Shown here: positions 39,864 through 52,708 of the stretch, in pieces
Position numbering within the stretch: the stretch's first letter is position 1
Layout: each line of letters begins with the position of its first letter
Source of the DNA: Glaucostegus cemiculus
Taxonomy: Eukaryota
Length of the DNA: 64,000 nucleotides
Reading direction: 5' to 3'
Assembly: GCA_976551045.1 (NCBI GenBank)
Contig: CDPCPM010000011.1
Span: 5,828,001-5,892,000 of the forward strand
The notes under the pieces: model-generated
Database searches by the model: none
The model's input: the letters and a program-made list of their open reading frames with translations, nothing else
Told to the model about the DNA's origin: nothing
Translations under genes and position numbers: made by a program

Positions 39864-42800
39864 AGAAGAACCATGACCACTATGGCAATGAATCCAAGGA
39901 AAATGCAGTCAATTGAAATCATCCCAGTTAAAATTGACTGGAATCTGTATTGGCCTTAAACTGTAAATATGGTAAGAACTACTCAGCTAAGAAGAGAATG
40001 GCTCTAAATTTTGTCATAATTTGGGATACTACATTGCATCAAAATTTCTGTGATCATTTCTCCAGTTCCAAAGTTACATCTGCCAAACCTCAACTAACTA
40101 ATTGCCTGATCACTGGCTTCCTGCAAAACTCTAGTTTTCCTGTTTTTGAACCAGATCTGAGCAGACAGTGTAAACTTAAATCTAAAGTTTTATGAGCATC
40201 AAGACCCTAAGTCAACATTTCCAAAGTTTCATAATACTTTTCTAAATAGCAAAATGTTATAAAAACTATGATGACAAGACCAAGACAGATAATTAACATA
40301 TTTTTGGATCGTTGTGTTTATTGAGAAATACAAGATGAAAAATTCATACTTATTGCTGGAGGAGTAAATAAATGTTTTTTACATCAAGATCTGAGTTGGA
40401 AGGGCTCTCTATTTCCCTACAACAAATTCAATCACCATGAGCTTGATGGTTGTGTGCAAACCTCAGATAGATAAAAAGATGCACATTTTCACTCCTCCAC
40501 ACTGTTACTCAAGAAGAATACAAGATAGGGACATTTCTAGATGCAGGTTTCTACTTAAATTTCCTCCTGTCTCCCTGAAGGTTAATTAGCTAAACATATC
40601 TTTTGGGCAAACCAATAAATAGACTATCTCTAGATTATCATGGGAGATGGATGCACATCCTGTCAATAAGACAGAAGAAAATGGATCTCCTTCCAAAGAA
40701 TAACTATTTAATTGATATTACAAATTACCTTCATTTCTGTACCTTCAACTACCAGTTTCTTATTGATTTCTGCTCTTCTGTGACTATGGGAGAAATCTAA
40801 CATAAAATTAACTAACTACTGACCTAACCCTGATGAACCATGGCCAATGACTTGCAGCCATGTGAGGTAAGGCATGACTCAGAGCTAGTAAAAGGCATTG
40901 TTAGTCCAGGAGAGGTCCACCAGGTACATTTATCAATCTCTTCCCAAAGGAAGCAAACTGCCCTGGAATCATTGCATAATGGGGAATGGTGAAATATAAT
41001 GACTATCATTTCCAATACAAGCTTGGGAAGAATTTGCTTTAACTGCAGATTGGATGTGCAGCTAATTCTGACAGTTTATTCCTCAGCTGTTTTATCGAAA
41101 GTGTCTTTATTTTGTTTCTAGTTCTTAAAATGACTACTTTTTTTTACCTACAAAGTGAAGGAGAGTTTAAATGAGTGTAAATTATTCAGCCACCAGTCAG
41201 CAAAAGCCCACAAAATGCACCACTGTGTGATTACCTGCATAATGCTGAATGTATTTTCTTACACAGCTGAAAGTGATCCTGCAGAATAAAACTACTAAAC
41301 TATCACTGTAATGCAAACAGCCTCATTCAGGGTCATGTATTGATCCACTCAGGCCAGCTTATTCCCAAAAGGATAGTTTCTACGCTTCTCTGTTTGGAAC
41401 CTTTGGCACTTTTTGAATAGAAACGATATTGAAGAGTGAGACACAACCTGGAACCCTTTGAGAGAACAAACCAGACTGTGATTAGCTGGAAATAAATATC
41501 AGGAGAAATAGTAGAAAAATGAATGTTTGAAAGACTCAAAGATGTTTACTCTGCTTTCCAAAACACAGATGGTATAAAATACATTCTTTGGAACATCAGC
41601 TGTCAATGCAAGATTTTCAACATTAACACCAGTCAGGGCAAGGTTATCTGATGTCAAATCATGAAGGAGTACTAATTAATCAGCTAGATTCTATATGGTC
41701 TAAATAATGCTGCTGTAAAATGTAGTTGAGAAATAATTAGATCTGATAAACCTGTACACCTATAAGCCATGTAAACCATATTATGGACTGGGATAGGTTT
41801 AATATTTATTGCAAAATTATTCTTGAACTTCGTGTATTGATGAATGAATTTAAGGTCAATTTAAATATTATCGATCGCCATACATAGCTGGATGAAAGTA
41901 CATGTTTTCTTGTTTCCTCTATAATGGATTCTCTACAATTTTTCCATATTGTTATAAGCTATTTAACACCATGCATTTTCGATTCAGACAGGGGAGTGGA
42001 CAGTCTGGGTGATGCAGTCTTCAAGGCCACTGCCAATGCCACTTCATGAACTTTCAATTGGAGCTGTGGTTCTGATGGGGGAAATTGACCATGTCCTCTT
42101 CTCCATCTAGTGGCTCAATCAAGTAAGCAATTCCAGGCAGAACACTGCCCCCTACTCTCGTGTTTTGACCTTTTGGTTTGGTATCAAGTATTCCAAAGTT
42201 ACACTTGTCAGGCCAGACCGTGCAAGGATTGAGGTTAGTATTTGTGAGTCTTCACTTTTCAAAAAGAGCACACTGGGTGCATTGTACACACTGCATTTTA
42301 ATAGCAATGTTCTCTTGAAATAACTCCAGACAGTCAATGAACAGCTATCAACAATGTAAGAACTGTATAGGCAATGGATATCTGTTAATAGCATGCAAAA
42401 GCTATATAAATAGTGAAGGCAACCAATAATGTAAAAAAAAAGTCAGACATTCAATAGTGTAAAGCAAAATAATTCAAGTGTTGAGCCAGCAATGTGCAAA
42501 ACCACAATAATCAAAAATTAACACTAAAGGCATAGTCTTTTAGAAAAAATTATTTCACCCCTAGCCGGAATAAACAAGAATTCATACAATTAACACTAGC
42601 ATTACCATGACTTTCTTAATTTAACTAAATTTAACTTGAGCTTAAAACAAAAGCAAATATTTCAAATGATTAGTATAAACAGGGCAGGTTTAGAATCAGA
42701 CACCTTTTTTATATCACTTCCAATTTTGACTTCAATAGAATGTAAAAAGGAAATTGCTTAAAAATGGGCGCACAGCTCATCAGATGAGTTAGGTTAAAAT

Positions 42801-43726
42801 CACAGCTTATGATATCCATTGAATAAACAGGGACTTTATGTGGCAGTCAGTGTTTTATTGAGCAGGCAATAATGATTAATAAAAGTAGCTAAGGAGAAAT
42901 GTGTTCTACTGAACTGTGTAATCCTAAATGTTATTAAAGGAGATATCAGTCCACTTACTGATGTCTCTCAGTTATCCCTTGTTATTATCTCTGATACTTT
43001 AAAACTCCTTTATCAACGCAACCTGTGATTAGCCACTTTATGTGTGCCCAAATACAACATTGCAACATTCAGTTCCAGTTACAATTGATAGGAATAATGG
43101 CCAGCTTTTAAAGGTTTACCATTAATGCATTTAGGATTGTGAACGTTCAATAGAATATACTTCTGTAAATAATAAGAATGAACAATCTAATTTTACACAG
43201 TGTGTTTCAGAAATTAAGTGGAGAGAAAATGTTATAAAGTCATTCACATGTAAGTTAAGCAGCGAGTGTACAGTTTTCCAAAAGGCATATCCATTTTTAA
43301 TATTACTAATAATCCAATTAGTATCATATTTACTACAAGAACGATGAACTTTGGTCTTGCAGGAGCTCGTAATTTATTTTCATCTGAGATATTAAGACCT
43401 CACTTTTAGCAATTGTAACAGCATTATCAAATTTAAAAATATATAAAAGAGAGCAAGTAAACTTTTCTTGGCATTTCTTACCCGTGAGTCTTATGCTGAG
43501 AATGGCATGAATGTCCCCGTACCAGTGCTCAGGATTCTGCAAAATACAGAAAAAAATACGAGTTGTTGACTGAAGTAACATGGGAAGTGGGCAGCAAACA
43601 ACAAACACCTAACAATGCAATGAATTGATTGACAATATCTTAAAGTACATTCCATCCATTTGCTGCTTGCACGCTTGCACTGCACATTTTTTTTTATTAC
43701 TATCCGGGAAAGCACATTTCAGGTTA

Positions 43727-44430
43727 TCATACAACAGAGGAGGTCATCTGGCACATGCTTTGAAGGAGCTCGACAATCAGTCCCACCTTAATTTCATTTT
43801 CTTAGTTATTCAGATTTTGCCTTGTTAAGTATTTATCCAAGTTCTCTTTCTACAATTACTATTGAAACTCCTCTCACCACCCCTTTAGATACTGTATTCC
43901 AGATCATAGCAACATATGATATGGGTGGCACGATAGCGTAGCGGTTAGCGCGATGCTGTTACAGTGCCAGCGATCGGGGTTCGATTCTGGCCGCTGTCTG
44001 TAAGGAGTTTGTACGTTCTCCCGTGTCTGCGTGGGTTTCCTCCGGGTGCTCCGGTTTCCTCCCACATTCTGAAAGACGTACGGGTAGGTGAATTTGGGGG
44101 TTTAAAAATGGGCGGTGTGGACTCAGAGGGCCGAAAGGGCCTGTTACCATGCTGTAAATATTGCTTGAGAAAGATTCTTCTCACCGGTATATTTTTGCCA
44201 GTTACCTTAAATCTGTATCATTGTTATCATTGTTTTGTGGAAACAGCTTGTCCTTGTCTACCAAAATACTTCTAAATTTTGAACGTTTCTTCTAAATCTC
44301 CCTTCAGCCTTCTCTGTAATGAGCATAAACCCTTCCTCTCTACTCTCCTTCTTCAAATCTTCATTCCAAGGCCTTGTAGCACGGTGAGGGCTAAAACCTA
44401 ACCAGTGACTTATAAAGTCTCAGCATAACT
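43727..44430 (-). mobile_element. Old CR1 fragment split by an HE1 SINE
   Basis: Antisense CR1 motifs tatttatccaa...caccaccc...attccagatcatagcaac lie left of the SINE and resume as gaaagattcttctc...accttaaatctgt on the right. Confidence 0.75.
43923..44160 (+). mobile_element. Young full-length HE1-like V-SINE with CR1/HER1 tail
   Basis: Pol III A box tagcgtagcgg (about 43934), B box ggttcgattc (about 43978), V-core and tail gggccgaaagggcctgttaccatgctgta. Many intact CpGs. Confidence 0.93.
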
Positions 44431-44814
44431 TGTTTGTTTCTACATACTTCGATACATAAAGTTAATGTTTTCCATAAACTTTGTTTAAACAGGTCCTTAT
44501 TTTCACAATAATCAGACATTTCAGAGTTACTCCATCAGCAGTTATTTCCAGTTTTTTCAAAAACTGATTTCATTTAATAACATTCACACTGTCTGGCTTA
44601 CTCTGACATGTGGCACAACCGTTAATTTGGGTGATTTGTTTTTGTAAGTGCAAGATGGAGTTGTAATTTTCAAAATCAAAATGCCACAAATTCATCATTT
44701 TTATTATAGCTGGACCAACTTTCAATCGGAATTTTTGAAACCTAAAATTATACAGGTTATTCTGGTAATATAGAACTGTACTTTAACAAAAGGCCAAAAC
44801 AGAACAAATAATTA

Positions 44815-44901
44815 TATGTAGCAACAAACAATCTACTGGGGGAACTCAGCTCCAGAGTGTTTGTTACTCCAGATTCCAGGAGCTGAAATCTCTTGTGTCT
44901 C
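44815..44901. mobile_element. Internally collapsed self-complementary element (Penelope-like non-autonomous) with 10-bp TSD
   Basis: agcaacaaaca/tgtttgttact inverted arms, gaactcagc, and end ccagattccagg...tctcttgtgtctc. Flanked by caaataatta at 44805-44814 and 44902-44911. Confidence 0.7.
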
Positions 44902-45335
44902 CAAATAATTAAATATTTCCAATTAACAATATTTTCTCAAAAGTATTTTTCAGAAGTATTTTTGAAAATTTTGTTTTATTAAGTTGACAATGCAACATAG
45001 AAAATTAATATCTGATCTGTATGCTGTGTAATGTCTCTATGGTCCATTGAGTCCTTGTACAAGGTTAGCCATGGCTCGATTGGTAGCTCCCTCCCAAGTC
45101 AGGAGGTTGCATGTTTAAATCCTACTCCAGGAACTTAAGCACACAACTTGGGTGGACATTCAAGTGCAGTACTCAGGGACAGCAAAACTGTCACAGGTGC
45201 TATTATGTCAGATGTGACGTTGAACTGTGGGTCCATCTGTCTTTTTGAATGGATAGAAGGATTACTATTCTGAAGGAGAAGGGAAAATTAACCACAGAAT
45301 CTGGGCCAATATTTAACTCTCAACTAATATGATTG

Positions 45336-45492
45336 AGACAAATTTATCAAGAAATTCATTCACAGTTAGTAAACACTGGGGCTATGACAGCTGCATTGAC
45401 TTCAATGGAACTGAATTTTAGTTTTGGAACAGGCCACTCACATGCCATTATATAGTGAGCTTAGTGATACAGACTCTGGATAAATATCTAGG
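45336..45492. mobile_element. Possible old MITE-like insert
   Basis: Imperfect terminal inverted repeats (atttatcaaga/tctggataaat) and central quasi-palindrome cattgacttcaatg. It interrupts the Deu-SINE. Confidence 0.4.
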
Positions 45493-45587
45493 CATCTATC
45501 AATTGATTACCACACTCCTATTTGTGGGAATTTGCATTAAGCTTGCTGAATTTCTAAATTACTTAAAACTTCACTTCATATATATAT

Positions 45588-45784
45588 AGCAAAATAACTG
45601 CAGATGCTGGAAATCCGAAATAAAAATAGAAACTGCTGGACATGCTCAGCAGGTTAGCAGCACCTGCAGTAAGAGTAAAATAGTTAATGTTCAGATCGCT
45701 GATCTTTCTTATAAAATATTAAACATGTATCTCGCTCCACTGCCTCACTTGCTGAGTCTTTCAGCATTTTCTGTTTTTATTTCA
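45588..45784. mobile_element. Self-complementary Penelope-like non-autonomous element
   Basis: ctgcagatgctggaaatc followed by ~44-bp inverted arms at 45617-45660 and 45740-45783. The centre has a decayed hammerhead motif. Confidence 0.8.
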
Positions 45785-47864
45785 TACTTTACTTGAAAAG
45801 TGCATTGTGGTGTTCTGAGGTCATCAAAGTCACTATGTAAATGCAGGTCTTTTGGTTTCAATCACCATGCAAAGACTAATTCACAGATTTGCCTTTTTAC
45901 CTTAGATACATGCTACATGACTATTATTTAGGCTTGTCAAGCTTCACATCTGTGTCTTACTTGAACTTCAAGTGGTCCGAATTGATGGTTACTTATTTTT
46001 AATTCCAGAAAGAACATACATTTTAAGACATATAATGGCAACCAAGTAACAAATCATGAATAAAAGCTTTCTAACAAACAGGAAAATAGTAGCTCCCAAC
46101 AAGGTGCACATTTTATAATTCTCCTGAACTATTTATTTGCAGCATACAATGAGTGCTTTCTTTCACATTAGCATTATTATGGGAGTTAATCATTTTCTCT
46201 TTGCAGGGACAGTGATAGACACTGGAAAATCACTCTTGACAAATTATTGCCTAGAAATCTTTCCCCCCCCCTTTAGTAATGCTAAACATCCTAAATAGTA
46301 AATCCGGTGTATGGTACTGCGCCTCAGAAAGTCATTCTATACAGATCAATGGGGTTATTTCCAGAGGCAGTGTACATCACACTGACGCAACCATACAGTG
46401 TATTTAGTGCATGGGCTCGGGATGAATTTCTAGGCACATAAACCTCAATTGGCAATAGTTAGTGGTACAATCTGTCACCTCTTAATTCCATCATCAATAG
46501 CTTGTTTTTTTTTAATTAAGTGAATAGTTGATCAGCACTCCTGCTGTCTAAATAGCTCTATCTATTTTAACCTGGCAGACTGAGCACACTGCTAAGACTT
46601 TCAATCCGCCTTTGAAAGGGTGAATGGGGCTGGTACAGTCGGCTGAGGTTCACATCGACCATTCAAATTAACCTGGGCAGGGACAGTTGTGCTCATGAAT
46701 ATCCTTGGATTGGGCACTTAAAATAAACCGCAGGGAGTTCTGATCATGGAGAAGAAACTAATTTAATCCTGCTGCAGCTTCTGGCATTTCCAAGGAATTA
46801 ACTCTTGGCCTGGCACTAAATTGAGCTTGATATTAGGAACTTCTTGATAGAGAGGATGGGAAATAAACTGAAGCTGCTGGAAATCTCTCTATCTAATGTT
46901 TCATTGGATCCAGGTGCTGTTTCTGCCAGCAATTCACTGTGTCAGCTCCATCAGCAGCAGCAGTCATGGGCAGGCATAGGCAGCCAGGAACCTTAGGCAG
47001 GCCACTGGGTTCACTGCAGTGAACATGATTGAGCAGGAACAGGCGCAGGGGAAAGGGCAGGAGGAAGCTGGTGGTTGGAGGCCCAACTCACATTCGTTTT
47101 GTGTTGCAGAGCTTTGGGCTCCTGTTCTGATGTCATTTCCATCTGGAATCCAAGTGCTTTCACTGACACTGTACAGAATGTGACAAAACCTTGCAAAGTC
47201 TGACAGCTCGTGCAGTCCTCCATCAGCCATGTGCGTGCATGACCACTTATTTGAAATCCATCAAATAGCAATTGTCATACAATCTGCTACAATCCACTGG
47301 GGGAAATCCTTCGTAGTCTAAGTCAATTTCTTGCTCTTACTCTATTACACAAACCTTGGAGCCTAAATATATGGAGGATCTCTTCACGTGTTTTATGTGC
47401 TGGTGATCAGATGGAGAGAGCCAATAGATCAAGACATTTTGGTGTTTTCCAGAAGCCATGGACACAGGTCACTGAATGAAGCAGTGCACAACACAGGAGC
47501 CTGGCAATAGAATTCCGATTCAAATGATACACCGTGACATTAGATTTATCAAAGTGAGTATAAATGTGTGAAGGATGCAAGTAGAATTTTCTGGTAAACT
47601 CACGCACAAAGTACAAGTAAGCAGTGCATTAAACAAATTGCAGGGAAGTCAACGGTTTCATCTGTTCCTTATATCAGCCATACTTTGAAGGATAAATAAT
47701 AAGACAAGATATAGGAGTGGATGAGAGGGTCTGAAACTATCAATTAAGCACTTCAACCATGATTGAAAATTGCACGGCAAATGGTGGAAAAGATGAAATA
47801 TTTCAGTGATCAAGATAGCTAATATGAGAAGTTAGCAGGGAACATGGAAATCTTCTGAGTGGGT

Positions 47865-48880
47865 TGGCTGGTCCGGAATGGATCCAGGGTGAACTAGACA
47901 ATTGGATAGAAAAGTAGCTTGGTGGAAGGAGTCAGAGGATGGTGGTGAGAGTCGTTTTTCAGACTGGAGGCCTGTGACCAGTGGTGTGCCGCAGAGATCA
48001 GTGCTGGGTCCATTATTGTTAGTCATGTATATTAACAATCTGAGTGAAAATGCAATCGGCATGGATGGTAAGTTTGCAGATGACACCAAAATTGGTGGTA
48101 TAATGGACAGTGAAGAAGGATTACAGCAGGATCTAGATCAAGTGCAAAATTGGGCCAAGGAATGGCAGATGGAATTTAACTCAGGGAAATGTGAAGTGAT
48201 GCATTTTGGAACGTTAAACATGGGCAGGACTTGCACAATAAATGACAGGACCCTGGAGAGTGCTGCAGAACAGAGAGACCAAAGGGTACAAGTACATAGT
48301 TCCCTGAAAGTGGCAATATAGGTAGACAGGATGGTGAAGTGGACATTAGGCATGTATGGCTACATCAGTCAGGGCACTGAGTACATGAATTGGTACGTCA
48401 TGTTACAACTGTACAAGACGTTGGTGAGACCACATTTGGAGTACTGTGTGCAATTCAGGCCACTCAGCTCTAGAAAGGATGTCATTAAGCTGGAAAGGGT
48501 GCAGAAAAGATTCACAAGGATGTTGCCAGGTCTGAAGGGCTTGAGTTATAAGGAGATACTGGATATGCAAGGGCTTTTGTCCCTGGAGGGTAGGAGGCCG
48601 AGGGTTGTCCTAAGAGAGGTCCATAAAATCATGAGAGGTAAAGGTAAGGTGAATGGCCACAGTCTTTTTCTCAGGGTAGGGGAGTCTAAAACTAGAGGGC
48701 ATAGATTTAAGGTGGGAGGGGAGGAATTTAAAGGAGACCTGAGGGGCAAGTTTTACAGACGGAGGATGGTGGGTAAGTGAAACGAATTGCCAGATGAAGG
48801 GGAAGAGGTGGGTACAATTAAAATATTTAAAGGATGTCGGGACAGGGACATGGATAGGAGTGGGTCAGAGGGATTTAGCA
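47865..48880 (+). mobile_element. CR1 LINE ORF2 (RT) fragment, relatively well preserved
   Basis: [54 protein letters not shown] and TRGHRFK. ORFs 47902 and 48331 share a frame separated by one stop. Confidence 0.97.
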
Positions 48881-51291
48881 GATATCCCTCCAGGAAACCC
48901 TGCTCAGTGCCAGTCTCAATGAAACATGCAGAAGATCATATGAAGAGGCCAGTACTAAAGGCACCTACAAAAATATTGTTTTTCAATTTTTAAATCAGCC
49001 TAACACCTAAAAAACATTTAAGGGATGTGGAAATAAAATTTTCTCGCTGAGCGTTCAATCGCTGCATATTTTATAACCCACAGCAGAATGTTTTATAACC
49101 TACATCACGAATCTTAATATTTAGAAAGCTGATACTCAACAGTATAAAGCACAATAACTTATTTTGATCATATCCTGATGCTTCAAGTGTAATCAAATCC
49201 TTTTCAATGATGTTTGAATATGGTTTTGGTTCAGTAATGTTTCAATCGCAGCTCCTGTTTTGTTGATAATGTTGATCTTCCATGGGAGTTGATGGTCCTG
49301 TTTTTTCTGTCCAGAATGTGTCAAACATTCACTTTTGTATACATTGCTACTAGATCTGCAGATTTAAAATTCCTAAGGGTGTTATTGCAAATTAATCCCA
49401 TAAACTAAAACAAGGCTAACTCAGTGGTGATGATACGCAGAGAGCAAGCACATTATTTTGGCCAATAAAAAACACATTTGCTGTTTTCAGCATCGTATTA
49501 GGCAGAGAGGTAGACTTTGCTGCACTGCGCCTCTGTGCATGAGAAGTGAGCGTTGCTAAGCATGGGTGGGGGTGGGTGTAGAGGCCTGGGACAGAGATTG
49601 GTACCTGCCCTGTGACATATTCATTCAGAATCATCCACTTGTCAGCTGCATGTATCCTGCATCAGTAATCAGACTGAAAAATAGATTTTGTTGCCCTTTT
49701 TTGGTTGGATAAGTAACAGACATCGCTGCTTTCAAGAAGCTCTTTCATATCCATCACTATCTTGTAAATAAATAATAGGTTTCTCAGGCTGTAGCTGCTT
49801 CTGCGCCATCTCCACCCCTGAGGCCCAGATTGCGCCAGAGACCCCTACCTTCCCAGGCCCTCAGTCAGCCAGAGGCTTTCCAATTACAACCCAGCATGAT
49901 CTGCCCCATTCCCAAGGTCATCTCAGATTATCTCCAAGCCTACTCTCCTGATCCCATCTCAGAATGCCCTCCCCTCCACAATCCACTCTGTGATTCCTTT
50001 ATCACTCTTTATCTCCGCTCCAGAGTAAATAAAACACTACTTCCCTGGAAATGATTGTGTCCACTGGGAATATACCCTTGTTATGTGGAGATGATGAAAT
50101 ACATTCTACTACTTCCCACACTGATCCTCTGAGTGGACACAAATAATCAGCTCACACAACATTTTCTTCACTTAGGTGCATATTTGGGTAAACTTCCTAA
50201 TGGCATAGGATCCTTCTACTGCTTTGTTTGGGGTCTCTGGTAAGACAACAAAGCAAAGTAACACTGTGCTTGAAGTAACGAGTCCATTAAGTGGACCTGA
50301 TTTTCTACTTACCCATCTTCTCCCTCTGGAGACATGTTATAGCAGGTACATTTCAAGGTCCTTTGGAGGCTAATTGCTTTTGATAAAAGAAATATAATCC
50401 CCTGCTTAGAGTCAGCGTACACATAATTCCCTTTTTGCATTGGGAAATGACTGGGTTATGAAAGTCTGAAGAAAGGAAAAGCTTGGTTTCTTTTCATTTT
50501 ATTCTTAAAGGTTATGACATTACTTTTAATGTGCATGTATTAAAGCAAAACTTGTAGGATAGTTCCCAGACACCCTGTTCCTTCCTGGGGTCTCACTCCA
50601 TCAGAGGCCTCAGTGGTCCAGGTAGCTGAGAGAATCTGAGCAGAGCCTAGATTGTTGCCAGAATAGATCATAAAGAACCCTCTCTCCTAGGAAGGAACTG
50701 GTGAGGAACCAGCTCTGCTGGTGATCAGGCAGTTAGAAATTAATCAGCTTGGGAATTCACGAGTGACTGTGTCAATCCAGCCACTTTCTGATCTGAAACA
50801 AAGGTAATGGTGGCAGTCACACCAGGCCGTGGGTCAGACTTTCTAACACAACATATAGAAAGCCATAACAAAGCCTTGAATCCTACTGAATGGTAGCAAT
50901 ACAAGAAGCTCCAAAGCAGGGTAGTTCATAAAGGAAAGAAACACAAAAATAACTTGAAAGCATTATCAAAAGCGATTGATATTTGTTACATTGGGGAAAA
51001 AGAGGAAAGAGAGAATATGTGCTCTTGAAAAGTTGTATCAGTGATATTGTAAATAAAAAATAAGAAAATGTTGGACTTTGTATATTCAGAATAGGGGAAG
51101 TTTATAGTTTTCCAGTCAATCCAATACAATTGATATTAAATCAGGGATAGGAAGTCCACAAAACTGATATAAACAACATAAAAGCAATGGCAGAAATGAC
51201 TTTAATTTGTGGTAAGTTCCAAAAACCAAATAGTTCCTGTCCTGGGTCTTTAAATGAAGTATGTAAGAACGTCAGCAATGTCTTACTTATC

Positions 51292-51639
51292 AGAACAAGA
51301 GTAGAAGGCTACTTGCCCTATTGAGTCCATGCTGGCTCCCAGCAGAACAATCCATCCCCACTCTTATTTCCCTATAACCCTGTAACTTATTCTCTTTCAC
51401 ATCCACTTCAATTCCCCTTGGATTTTGTTTGCCACGTACCTACACTAGGGTAACTTGCAGTCACCAATTAACTACCAGCATATCTTTGGGATGTAGGAGA
51501 AATGAAAGCACTCAGGGGAAACCCGTGTGGTCACAAGGAGGACATGTAATCTCCACACCGACAGCACTGAATCAAGATTGAACCCAGGTAGCTGGAGTTG
51601 TGGAGCAGTAGCACTAAACGCCACCCCTTGTGCTGCCCT
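51292..51639 (-). mobile_element. Older V-SINE with CR1-type tail
   Basis: Antisense B box gattgaaccc, core ggggaaacccgtgtggtcac...ctccacac, ccaattaac and tail ttgagtccatgctggctc. Confidence 0.85.
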
Positions 51640-52471
51640 CTGTAATCCACAATCCTAAATATACACTTCTGATAGTTTCTTGATTCAGAAACTATTCCTT
51701 TAAAGTGGAAAACTGCATAGTCACTCCCTTATTTAGGAACGGTAAAAGAGGGAATCTGAGCAAAAAGGGACAAGTTAATAAACTGATCAGAGAGAACAAG
51801 CTCATTTTTTTAGGGTAGGTAGGTAACATTGTTTGAAGAATTGACCAAGGTATAGGACAGAAGAATGTGCATTGCCCTTACTTCTTTGAAGTTCTAGAAT
51901 ACATTTGGTAAAACCCCTTAGAAGCTGCTCTTAGCTAATGTTGCAGATCATGGGTTTGAAAGCAAAGTGCTGTCCTACTCAAGAAACTGGCTTAACATTA
52001 GGAGTTGCAGTAAGTATAACAGTTTGACTAGGATAGCCTGTAAGGACCTCCATTTGGACTGCAACTTTTCACACTGTTTAAAAATTATATTATTTCTAGA
52101 ATGCAAATGACACAAAGGTAAATGTATCAGTAGAAGAGTATCTGGAATCATTTAATTACAAAAAGATATTAAAGAGGAAACAAATGTACAAAACTGACAA
52201 ATGGATTAAAAGGTAGGCAAACGTTCACTCATCAGATTTGGAACTTCCCTAAAAACTGTGATGATCCCAAGTGAGTATGAGATCCATGCAAGGTGTTAAG
52301 GGAACCAACAGAACACATTAGTTAGAGTATCTAGAACTGGGGATCATAGCCTTAAATTTGCAGACAAGCCTTTCAGCAGTGAAGTTAGAAGTCACTTCTA
52401 TACACAAAGTGTGATAACAATTTGGAATTCTCTTCCACAAATGATGTTTAGTAATTTTATATCTGACATTT

Positions 52472-52708
52472 GCTGGCTGTAAGGAGTTTGTACATTCTCC
52501 CTGTGACTGCATGGGTTTCCTCCGGGTGCTCTGGTTTCCTCCCACATTCCAAAAACGTACAGGTTAGGAAGGTGTGGGCATACTATGTTGGCGCCGGAAG
52601 CATGGCGACACTTGCGGGCTGCCCCCAGAACACGCTACACAAAAAGATGAATTTCACTGTGTGTTCCAATGTACATGTGACTAATAAAGATATCTTATCT
52701 CATCTTAT
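52472..52708 (+). mobile_element. 5'-truncated V-SINE with Rex1/Babar-type tail
   Basis: V-core nearly identical to 43998-44088, then ggcgccggaagcatggcgacacttgcgggctgcccccag, tttcactgt...gtacatgtgactaataaa and a (tatct)n-like end. Confidence 0.9.

Larger units (their letters stand above)
45063..45852 (+). mobile_element. Deu-domain SINE (SacSINE1-like), interrupted twice
   Basis: Head gccatggctcgattggtagc, body aatcctactccagg...gtgcagtactcaggg...gccaatattta, core ttgtgggaatttgc and tail ctgaggtcatcaaagtcactatgtaaatgcaggtcttt. Confidence 0.8.

Noticed and set aside
43923-44000. tRNA gene
   Set aside because: The A and B boxes belong to a SINE head that continues directly into the V-core and LINE tail.
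47902-48780. RT ORFs as an intact or domesticated gene
   Set aside because: In-frame stop, internal deletions and 5' truncation: an ordinary dead CR1 copy. The Rex copy at 56352 is likewise truncated with in-frame stops.
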